Assembly (NCBI RefSeq): GCF_963853765.1
Contig: NC_088857.1
Span: 29,946,001 to 30,010,000 of the forward strand
From: Magallana gigas
Taxonomy: Eukaryota
Direction of reading: 5' to 3'
DNA length: 64,000 bases
The translations under genes were made by a program, and so were the position numbers. This document shows, in pieces, positions 24,005 to 35,820 of this stretch; within the stretch, counting starts at the first letter, position 1; every line of letters begins with the position of its first letter. The notes beneath the pieces are model-generated. The model worked only from the letters and a program-made list of their open reading frames with translations, was not told the origin of the DNA and searched no databases.

Positions 24005-25384
24005 GGCATAATGATCACTTACATGATGTACATTGTACAGAAGTAAGAATGATAATCACTAACATGATAGGGTTTCAGCATGATGATTTCTTACATGATG
24101 TACCTGGTATGGTTAAAACATGGTGATCACTTACATGATGAAAACTGTACAGAAGTAAGCATGATGATCACTTAAATGATGTTCATGGTATGGTGATAGC
24201 ATGGTGATCACTTACATGATATACATTGTACAGAGGTAAGCATGATGATCACTTACATGATGCGTATAGTAGTAAGCATGATGATCACTTACATGAGTAC
24301 ACTGTACAGAAGTAAGCATGATGATCACTTACATGATGTGTATAGTAGTAAGCATGATGATCACTTACATGATGTGTATAGAAGTAAGCATGATGATCAC
24401 TTACATGATGCGTATAGTAGAAAGCATGATGATCACTTACATGATGCGTATAGTAGAAAGCATGATGATCACTTACATGATGCGTATAGTAGTAAGCATG
24501 ATGATCACTTACATGATATGTACAGTAGTAAGCATGATGATCACTAACATGATGTGTACAGTAGAAAGCATGATGATCACTAACATGATGTGTATAGAAG
24601 TAAGCATGATGATCACTAACATGATGTGTATAAAAGTAAGCATGATGATCACTTACATGATGTGTATAAAAGTAAGCATGATGATCACTAACATGATGTG
24701 TATAAAAGTAAGCATGATGATCACTTACATGATGTGTATAGTAGTATGAATGATGATCACTTACATGATGTGTATAGTAGTATGAATGATGATCACTTAC
24801 ATGATGTGTATAGAAGTAAGCATGATGATAACTTATATTATGTGTATAGAAGTAAGCATGATAATCACTTACATGATGTGTATAGAAGTAAGCATGATGA
24901 TCACTAACATGATGTGTATAGAAGTAAGCATGATGATCACTTACATGATGTGTATAGTAGTATCATGATCACTTACATGATGTGTATAGTAGTAAGCATG
25001 ATGATCACTAACATGATGTGTACAGTAGTAAGCATGATGATCACTTACATGATGTGTACAGTAGTAAGCATGATGATCACTTACATGATGTGTACAGTAG
25101 TAAGCATGATGATCACTTACATGATGTGTACAGTAGTAAGCATGATGATCACTTACATGGTGTGTATAGAAGTAAGCACGATGATCACTTACATGATGTG
25201 CACAGTAGTAAGCATGATGATCCCTTACATGGTGTGTATAGAAGTAAGCACGATGATCACTTACATGATGTGTATAGAAGTATGCATGATGATCACTTAC
25301 ATGATGTGTATAGAAGTAAGCATGATGATCACTTACATGATATGTACAGTAGTAAGCATGATGATCACTTACATGATGTGTACT
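24005..25384. repeat. 36-bp minisatellite (distal units 40-41 bp) made of the coding exon 1 3' end plus its splice donor, about 38 copies
   Basis: Unit CATGATGATCACTTACATGATGTGTACAGTAGTAAG; homogeneous from about 24317 to the exon, degenerate at 24005-24316. Confidence 0.97.
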
Positions 25385-25439
25385 CCTGGAGCTGATGGAA
25401 CTCATCTGGACTGATCTTCTTCCAGTCAACATCAGCCAT
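25373..25439 (-). CDS. DGKB: Type I diacylglycerol kinase, coding exon 1 (MADVDWKKISPDEFHQLQEYTS)
   Basis: ATG at 25439 in strong context (gcaacATGG) with an upstream in-frame TGA. Peptide matches the type I DGK N-terminal W-x-x-L/I-S-P-x-E-F-x-Q-L-Q motif. Donor T|GTAAGT, phase 1. The exon acceptor (ttgtttatag) gives an exon start at 25514. Which vertebrate paralog (A/B/G) is closest cannot be resolved here. Confidence 0.92.
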
Positions 25440-27397
25440 GTTGCACTCTCAGATTACACTAGACCTTTTTCTTCCTGTTAACTATTGTCATGATGGTGTC
25501 ACATTCAGCAAGATCTATAAACAAAAGATGATCAATGTAAAACAATGTATCATTTACTTAAACAAAACAAAATGTTTTGTAAATTGAGTTGAAAAAAGAT
25601 GAAATTTATTTAAACTTCTATTGATCCCATTCTTCTATGATCTCATTTCTAGAATGTTCACTGTAAACAAATATTGTAAAAGTGGTAATTTACGAGTAGT
25701 GGAAATTAACACTTGTTACACAGTATGCTAAAAATTGCGGGGAAAAAAAATGCACCTATGGTAAAAAATTGAAAACTTTAGAGTGGTAAATTACACATCC
25801 GCATATTAAGTACCAACACATATATTGTTTGACTATAAAACATGTACTTTAAGCCAACAGCTTAAATATTAACCACTTTTACAGTATATTAAATGTACAA
25901 TAACCTGAAAGCTACACCTTCAATCAGTCTATACAATCTCTGGCCACGCAAGAATCAACAGAGACATTCAATATTCACAGAAGTCAATTCAATTTAATAT
26001 GCTTGGCAGAGAAAGTAAATATGTGCATGCAAATAGCACTTAATATAGTTCCAAAATAAAAACTTACAAACCAAATATATACACTGCACAATATACACAT
26101 GAATGCACCTATACGACACATTCAATTCAACGTTGATTTGATATCCTGAAACAATGTGGTTGTTTTGTAGATTTTTTGCACAATGAAAAAAACACCATCC
26201 GCATGATAAAGATTTCTTTATTCATTGAGGGACACTTTACTTGAGTGTATGTAGCCAATGTATGAAGACTAGGCAACTTCCCTGAGCACACACAGTAGGC
26301 TGTTGCTACCTTAATTGTAACAACTCATAATCCTCTTTCCCTTTCTCCTATTTGGTCTATTTCGTTTTTGACATCACAAACAAGATGACATCTTGACTTG
26401 TCATTGTGAAAGTGACAGCTAGGACTTTAATCATTTGAAGTCTACCCGGAAACAACATCTTTGCACACAAAGACATTTTCTACTTGTTACAAATTGAATT
26501 TTTAAGCTCTCCAGTTATAATACCTTGTCCTGTTTGAATAGCCAATAAAGATCACTTGTTTTGGTTATCATGACTGCGTAATGCAATCTGATTTGAAATT
26601 CAAATCTAGAAGTAAACTTATTGATACCAATTGTACATGCAAAATGTAAAAATTGATCAAACAACGAACTTCAAGTAACAACCATAAAAACAGATGTAAT
26701 CATAGCATCTAGCCTGCAGCCATGTTTGGCAAGTTAACTGGTCTATAAAATCCTACAGCTACCGTTTTTGATGTGTCATCAAATATTGAAATGAAATTGA
26801 AAAAAGAGTCCTTTTATTCTAATAAAATATGATGTTCTGGAAATTGCTCTGAAGCATGTGTGTGCAGAGCACTAAATCACTTCATCATGTTCATAAAGTA
26901 AAATTCTACTGTTAGTGTAATGTCGCAATGTTGATCAATTACAAGGCAATTACTTCTGAAAAAAATAATCAGCTGATTTGAGAAAGTTTTATGTACAGTG
27001 AGTATAGTATAGAGTACCAATTCAATCAATTAATTCGGGAATTCAGGTACAAATTTTATATGTTTAACAAATATACTGTTTGCATCACCTCAAAATGCTA
27101 CATACAGGAAAATAAAAAATACTACACTTTAATAGGAAACCACTTTTTAAATGAATAGATCAAAAGTTTGATTTTTGTTATGTTTACAAGAAAGACTTAT
27201 CAAGACATTTCCTCCTTTCCTTTTCTCCTTTAATCAGGAACAAAAATTCTTATATGCTCGAAAAATATGCTATATTCATCATCTCTGCATTTTTATCAAT
27301 TTTAAGAAGACTGAAAGGGCAATAAACTACTAAACTACCCATTAGAAAGATCTCTTAATCTTTTCAGTATTTAAACTCATTTTTAAACAAAGTACCG

Positions 27398-27400
<3 letters not shown>

Positions 27401-27448
<48 letters not shown>
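27401..27448. repeat. (CT)n microsatellite
   Basis: Direct reading. Confidence 0.95.
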
Positions 27449-27451
<3 letters not shown>

Positions 27452-28073
27452 GATCTAAATGCTACAGTTTTGTAGCACAACCATAATTTCTCTTTTTTTA
27501 AAGTTAATAAAAAAAGTCTTAACATTATTATTGAAGCTATTCAAAATATTGATGTAAGCTCTTAAAAAGCCTTATACTGCTCATAGGCTCATGAGCTCAA
27601 TGATGGAAGGGTTAATGCATAAAGTATTTCACCAGCAATGGTCATGGCTTGGATTTTTTCACAGGGAATACTGAAAGAGTGACTGTAGATTCTTTATTAA
27701 ACATGAGGAATTAATACCGTATCTGCATAAAATCCTGAGAAGCATCCCTTGCAGAATTTAGGACTTGCTTTTTTTTCTGACAGTTGAGAACTACGTGTAA
27801 GCAAAAGTTGGGTACTCACTGTGTTATTGTCTCGGGAATTAATACAAAACAGTGGAATCACAGAATTAAGTACTCTCATAAAAAATGGGAAACTACAGTA
27901 TTTCACAGGGGCTGCTAAAATACTGTACATCAATTAAAAGTACATAATGACAATTCAATTTTGCTTTTGTGTTTCTCAAGAAGGATTGTACCAAATCAAC
28001 TTTTCATAAATACAATTCATCGTCTCCAATAACATAACACTTCTACTGCCCAACGAATGCTAAATCTACTTAC

Positions 28074-28165
28074 TTGGAAAAAATTTCAGTCGAGTCCCAA
28101 TCAAATGAATCGGTGAAAGTAGGTAAATCTGGTCGTGCAAAAAGGTCACATCTCTATAATCCCTT
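28074..28165 (-). other. Probable DGK 5'UTR exon
   Basis: Acceptor ttgctttctttgcag and donor CAA|GTAAGT bracket 92 nt. Confidence 0.5.
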
Positions 28166-29314
28166 CTGCAAAGAAAGCAACATCATTTGATAATAGATTA
28201 AACACGTACTTCATGTAACACACATACTTTCAGTTCTGGATTGTTAGCTCCTCACATTCACAGCCTGAACTATATGTAAATAATGCATTAATAATAAACA
28301 CAAATCTCTCTACATATTGACAACCCTTTACCTGTAAGGTAATATGAGCTATAGTCTCTTGCGACATGCAATAAAAAAATTTATAGCCAAAAAACGATTC
28401 CTTCTCTCCAATTCCCAATGTGGTATAGAAAAAAGAGGGGGGGTTTCTGATCAAATGCTCACAATATATTTAAAAGCCTGCAAAGATCGGTCAGGACCCT
28501 CTATTACATAATCAAAAGCATCTAGCTGCGACATTCCGAAATATCCATAACAATCGGCTGTCTATTTATGCCTGTGATAAAAAATATCCCCTCCCACACA
28601 CATACACATCATCGGGCTGGCAAACACAAGACACTGAATTACAAACTAGGTTAGCTGGTCGCTCTGCATATTTTGATGGAAGAAAGTGAAAAAAAAAAGT
28701 TTAAAAAAAAAATGAGAATTCCACAGATGGTATTTCATGAACATTATTATATCTTCAGCGTAGTTTTTTCAGATGGGGGAAGTTTATAAACTGTGCAGTT
28801 TTCTCGAGAACAAACTATTTCCATAGGAGTTTTGTTACGACCCTGTCAGACGTTATGAGGCACCATTTCGTGGCTTATTCTGCCACATAATAACCCCTGT
28901 GTATGGAATCAGCTGTTATGTATAAACTCAATGAACAAAACAACTCGCTAATCAGTATAAACTTTCAACTTGAAAGCATTTCAAAACAAAATTTTTTTTA
29001 GATATATATTCAAAAAAACATTTTTGTCATCCATTTTGAAATAAAATGAATTTATTCGATTAAGTACAAGCTGCAGAAATATTTTAGCAATCCGATAGAG
29101 AGAATTTGAATGGAGTTTCATTCTCTTTTTTCATGATTCAGGTAAGGGGTACATATACATATTTTACAGTAAAACACATATAATACTTAGCTTTTTTCAA
29201 ATAATCACTTTTTTAAAAACCAGAGAGCACTAAGATGACGCTTATGAATACATATCCATTGTAATGGTATATTGTATTAAGTTAAACATACATAAATGAT
29301 GCATAAATACTTAC

Positions 29315-29370
29315 AGGACATTACAGTCAACATGAACAGTGGACCTACTATGCATTAGGGGGGTACGTTG
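29315..29370 (-). other. Probable DGK 5'UTR exon
   Basis: Acceptor ttttattttccatacag and donor CCT|GTAAGT bracket 56 nt. Confidence 0.5.
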
Positions 29371-30631
29371 CTGTATGGAAAATAAAACCTTTTTTGTTTC
29401 GATCTACTAAAACAATACGTAATGTGTACATAACATGTATAATGTGCACTTTTAAAAATTCAAACTGATTAAGTTAAAGCCTATCCCTTATTTATGCTGC
29501 AATAAATATCAATTAAGCAAAATGATTTCTCAACACTGAGGAGTATGGTGAAGGTGATACAACAATAACATAAAACTTCCAGTTTCATAAAACTTCCAGT
29601 TTCATATATTAAAAAGACTTAAGTTTAACCAGGAATAATATATAGCTCAATAAGAAATCACGAGCTTCCCTATCTATAACCACTAACCAGCTATGTAGAT
29701 TGTGATCATTGGAGTAGGTCTTAAACAACACTAAAAACATGTAAACCAATCGGCTGTAGCCAGGTTTTGTACTGTGTTTATGGCCGGGGTTGGTCTACGA
29801 AATTTGTTTCTGATTATGTAATCTTTGTAGATTAAACACAAATTGCGTCACTGTAAACCGAACACATAAAAGGGAAGCCAACTGTTAGCTTTAAATCTTA
29901 TGAATATGTAAAGATACTCTCTCAAAATGAATGAATAAAATATTTCTAATTTAATTTGCTTAAGAATGAAAGCCTTAAGGTTAATAAACTTAACCCAACA
30001 ATATGATCATTCAATCAAGGAAAGATCTTTAAGCAAAAAATGGATATGAAACAGGCAAAAATTTAATCCCCCCCCTAAAAAACATGTTAACCATTAAAAG
30101 TTTGTATCACTCCTCATTTAATCTTTGCACCATTGATAAAAGCAGTTATAATACTTCATACCCTAAATTTTTTCTTCTGACATTCACATCTAGTCACCAA
30201 TGGCCTTGACATCTGTTGTCAAGGATATTCACAGCAACATGACAATCATACGCCAAATGGTATTTGTTGTCCAATGCAAAGATAAATGCATTTTCTTAGA
30301 AGAGATGGCATTTCCAAGAATTATGCCTCCTATCTGTTAAACAGTCTTTGCTACTGATTTGATCATTTCTCGGCTCTATCAGGGTCAAATCAAGTTTGTG
30401 GCCAATAGCATATATCATGTATTAGATGATTCTGAAAACACAATATCCTATAACAGAGCTGCAAAGCAATCTGTATGCATGAGGAAAACACTTCCTCTCC
30501 ACCCCCCCCCCCCCAAACCGCTGGCTCCCATATATGCCATATCCCAACAGCCAAACCCAACCTCAACACAAAAATCCCACTAATCTTTAAAAACAAAAAG
30601 AATGGCTTGCAGCTATAGTAAACAGACATAC

Positions 30632-30754
30632 CTGAAGATCCGTGGGCATGTTTTATTTCACTGCCTCTGTTAATCCCTGAAGTCTGAAAATTCTATTTCA
30701 CCATGTTGTTCACTGTTGACTGGTCTCCTATAGATGCACCGTGAGGAAGATTAT
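30632..30754 (-). other. Probable DGK 5'UTR exon
   Basis: Acceptor gatattttgtag and donor CAG|GTATGT bracket 123 nt; stops in all three frames. Confidence 0.45.
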
Positions 30755-33273
30755 CTACAAAATATCAACGGATTTTGCCGTCAGTGACAGTACATAAACA
30801 AACGACTCTATAGAAGTCCACATGCTACATAAACAATCAATAAGTCCCTTTATATTAAATTGAACACAAGTATAAATACATGTATAAACTCCTATCATAG
30901 CATTTATCTCTCGATCATCTTCACTTAATCTCAAAGTATAATACATGTAGCTGGTCTTCATGCAGATTAAAAAGCCAGGTGCAATGCATGTGCTTTAAAA
31001 GGAAATTTTTTTTTACAATACAATGACTTATGTCTTCGATTTGTCTATAAATAACCATGCAATAATATTGTAAACCATTTCAGAGAAACCAGAGCTCTTG
31101 GTCCGATTCATAAATTCATTATATCGCTGACCATGCGTGTATGAATCATATTGAACATTGAGCTGACAACTTTCATTGCCATCAATTTAATTAATAGCCA
31201 TCGTGCTTAATATGTGCACAGGTCACAGCGACATTTCGCTGTCCAAAATCTGATCCATGATGGAGTGGATTTCATCCAATCGTCTGCTTATTGAATCCAC
31301 CAAAATTATCTGGAGAGAACTGAAGGATATACAATTCAGACCCTTAAAGAACTGAACTTTTCCACTATCATTTCTAAATTGCCACCATGGTTATACGCAT
31401 CCATTTTGCACTGTATAAAATCCTTTTAACCAATACACTATATTCTCAACCAAGTTCTCGATCATCCTAATGTCATGGTCATTCCGGCCACATCACCTCC
31501 AGCTACATGTACTTTGTGGAGCTGATGGAAACCAATAATCAGCCAGCTAGCTTACTAATTAAGTACCTTGTTCATAAATTTCACCCTTAAAACTTGATTA
31601 ATATTTGAATATTGACCTATGCTATACATGTATATGCTACAAACAACATACAACCACATACAAACAACAAATAAAGGCAATTGACAACAACTTTAAACAA
31701 GAAATTCCAGGTCAAGTTCATTTTATAAACTAAAAAGTCTTATAAGCATAATTGGGGTACACATACATGTATGTATGCATGTACATTCATACATGTGACG
31801 AAACTGCAAATACTTCTTGCTAATCAACTCAATTACATGCAACCACTATCAGTGCTATTTTTGTATGCATATCCCAGCAACTTTAAATTTCCACTAGATA
31901 AATGCATTATTCATGTATTGTTGAGAGTTTTTTTTTTTAATATTAAACTGTCCACAGTTCATGTATATCAAATGACTAGCTGTTCATCAATCACAGAACA
32001 CAGGGCTATCAATGTTGACTGAGTTGCAGTTTCGCCCTCTCTCTCTCGGGATCAAAAGCTAATTGAGTTTTTTTCTTCCAGGCAGAATGGTCATCTGGAG
32101 GAGAAGTTTGGTCATGCACACACATTTCTTAATATCCCTGACAAGATTAGTCTTTTGATCTACTGGGTCACATCCTCCCACACTCTGTATTCCCTTATGA
32201 GATGGGGGGGGGGGGAAGAAAGAGGAGGGAGGTGGTTGATTGAGGACCTTATAAAGCTTAACTCTCTTTTCTGCCAGGAGTTTTCCCACAGTGCATTGCT
32301 GGTCATTGGAGGAAACAAACCAAGCATTAAACGAGTGAATTTACTGTTCTATCTGATCTGTGTAGTAGTACAATCCACTACTATTGATTGGAAGAATGCA
32401 GGCAATCAATGGATATTTATTACTGTGACCTGTCACCATCGGTTAAGGGGGATACGCTGTGCATGCATTTAGATTGGTAATTAATGCTGACATGATTGGT
32501 AATTAGTTAGTGTATATATTGACATACTTTGACTTGATCAATGGTGTAAAACAATTTGTCATTAGATCATAATGATCAAGTGAATGTTGCAATGTTTCCA
32601 CTCTAGTACATGTATATAAACTCTCTACAAGTATATACATCTATCATATAGTTATGAAATTCACATACACCTTTACCTGCAGAATATTTCATGCAAATAT
32701 AATGCAAATTAAACCACCAATAACTTATTCATATCTTCTGATGAAATCACAACACTCCATTTCTAGACGCCCACATCAAAACATGTATACATATCAAATT
32801 ACTCTTTTATATTGTCAGATTCTTGTTTACAAGGACGCGTTTCAACACCAGTCTTGATGCATCCAAGTAGCAGGAGACACGTGAAAGAATGCATGCTTGA
32901 CTTGGCAATTAGTTATGCAATACTCAAGTCATTTACAGAAATCGGCAGAAACTTCGTGGCAGCTTTGTGTAATAGTATATCCTTACGTTTGTTCATAGAT
33001 TTGCTTTCCGAACACACCCACTCAATGGGCTCATGGCTCCGGGATCTGCAGATTCTCTGCATTTGGAAAGACTTTGAGTCAGGTTATTTTGCCAACACAA
33101 ATCAGGATCTCTTTGTGAATGGGTTTCAATGCAAGCTTATAAAACATCCAATGATAGATACAAACCGGTAAAAGTGCACAAAATAACAGCAGAGAAGTGC
33201 AAGCAATAATTTAATCAATTTACTCACATCATTATTGATTCCAAGAAATATAAAAAAATATTTATTTTGATAC

Positions 33274-33277
33274 CTCT

Positions 33278-33333
<56 letters not shown>
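33274..33333. repeat. (CT)n microsatellite, one interruption
   Basis: Direct reading. Confidence 0.95.
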
Positions 33334-33338
<5 letters not shown>

Positions 33339-35674
33339 TAAACATACATAAGTTTTGCATGTCTTATCAAAACACATACTTCATAGCTTGAGAAGAGTAC
33401 CTATGGTACTGTGACATCCTACTATTTGCTTTAAGCAGGTAATGCCTTGTAAAACTCCAAGATTTATTTTATCAAGATTAAAACAGCTCCTGTTTACTGA
33501 TCGTCTGATATAACTCACACCAGAGGTGAAAATAAAATTGATATACATGTAGTCATGGAAAGAAGACATTTTTACAACAGAACTAGATTCTATTTAACTG
33601 CACTTTATCATAACAACTTCCTTCTGTTTTCAGTTTATAGCTTTAAAACACAAAAAAATCGGCATAAATCAGTTTCTATTTATTTCCATTCAAACGTCTT
33701 TTAATACAATCTTGAAACCTCACTGGTAGTCTACCAATGAACTCAAGGCTGGTCGGCAAAAAAAACCATTACACAGCCACACCCAAAAGGTAATGCTTAC
33801 TGGCTGTCAATGACCCTTCGATCAATCAAAAATAAACAGTATATATGCGCATAAAAATGGATATAAACTGCCAAAAAAAGAGTCTTCTGAACAGTTCAGT
33901 GCTGGTATGGATACAGTGTCAACTCAGAGCAACATTGCAATAAATACAACAAACTGTTGACTATGCTGGATATTAAGATCTTGATACAACAACAAATTTA
34001 TGCACCCCTGAATTTCCTTAAACAACAACAAAATTTAACAAAAAAATTCAATTACATTGATTAAACTGCATATAGACATGCAATTAATCAATCATAGAAT
34101 ATAAGCATGCAAAATGTTTTCATATACATGTGCAGCTTAATATCCCTCCTTTTCTATATCATATACCAGATAGATCATATTCTCCATCTTTCTGACCAAA
34201 TACATGTACTATAATAGGAACAGACAGAATCCCCTGCATGCCAAGCCTAATCTCAAATGATATTATCAATGTGCATAATAGCAGAACAGAATTATATAGG
34301 TCCAGCAAATTCAGTTGGCATGAAGTGTATGAAAACAACTTAGTTACACCTGTATTTCTATCATCATACCATGCAGCCACCATCTGACATAAAAACATGA
34401 CATAACATTGATCGACCATGTACCACAAATACAAATTTAAACGCCCACACCGTTTTCCCGATTTCAATTTCAAGGAGGCTGGATGGTCAACTAATTAACC
34501 ATCAGATCTACCTTACAGTTTTGGACGTGATTTCTTTATATTTAAATAAATATGATGAACCATAGACAATTATTTTATTAGAAAAGAAAAATCCTAAAAT
34601 ATTTGAATATTTTTCTTAATCTTAACACAAAACTCTTTTTCTAAAGGAGATAAATATAGTATGAAAATGGCAATGACGATCAATTCAAGCCCTTTTAAAA
34701 CTATATAAATCAAATGATACGGTAATCAACGCAATCCTATTCAAAAACTCAGTTTATTCAATCATATGCTACAGCAATAAATTTCCATACTAATGAGTCA
34801 CTTCAATGTCGCTTCTCTCTCTAGAGTGTCTAATCACTCATGCATTCATTTTTTTTGAAATATTGATTCTCAAAATCTCATTACGACCAACATACTTCAA
34901 TGTTCAATCCAATGAATTAATTTTTTTCATTCAAACAAATATGTGCTACATTTGTAACCTTTGAAAAGAAAAAAAAAGGGTTTCATGATGAAGTTTTAAC
35001 AATATATGATGTGTTTATACACTAGGACGCAAGTAATTAAATCAAAATTCACAGTGATCTTATTGTAATTACATACATGTAGAGAAGAAAAATGAAGTTC
35101 AGTTTTAGGATGACATGGTATGTACCAATTGTTCACCATTCAGCCATCCTATATACCACAAAACTGTGAACTAAGCCATGGATTAAGCACCCTTGCCTTG
35201 AGGCCTTTATGAAGAGTAGAGCTACACCATATCACTGACCTCAAATTCATTCCGATAATTATATACTATCTAGCTGCTTTGTACAGCCCCAAGCTACCTC
35301 TCATAATTCATATCTAAAATGAAATTAGCATCCTAAACTCATATAGATTCATATACATTAAGCTTTAGCCAAACCATATTGTACGTCAGTAACATGTATC
35401 AAGATCACCAACATATTAAAAACCGCACCAAAAATAAAAACCCTTCACAATCTATAAGTTTCTGAGGTGGAAAGTAACTGACCTTATCACAGCTATATAT
35501 AAATAACAGCTGTTTAAACATCCGACTATATTCATCAATATCCCACATGCATGTATTGAATATAATGTTCATCTAAACAGATGTATCATTATAAACTTGT
35601 ACTGACCTTGGTTTGGTTGATTAACTATTCAGCTAACCAAACCTTTTAGACCTCCCCCCCCCCCCCCCCCCCCC

Positions 35675-35820
35675 AGATACCAGTAGTCATACAATACTTA
35701 ATACATGTATATAAATAACATTACCACCCCCCCCCCTCGTCCTCCCCTAGATACCGGTAGTCATACAATACTTTAAATACATGTATATAAATAACATTAG
35801 CCCCCCCCCTAATTCTCCTC
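35675..35820. repeat. About 75-bp tandem duplication with poly-C tracts
   Basis: AGATACC(A/G)GTAGTCATACAATACTT...ATAAATAACATTA occurs at 35675 and 35749. Confidence 0.85.

Noticed and set aside
24005-25384. CRISPR-like appearance of 36-bp repeats
   Set aside because: No unique spacers, no cas genes and a eukaryotic intron context; it is a contiguous tandem repeat.
24242-25414. Plus-strand Met-rich and His/Asp-rich repeat ORFs
   Set aside because: Open frames of the 36-bp satellite, antisense to DGK, with no independent gene signals.
32068-32472. Plus-strand ORF with acceptor-like sites
   Set aside because: No recognisable protein, runs through a poly-G tract, no donor partner found, and antisense to a DGK 5' intron.
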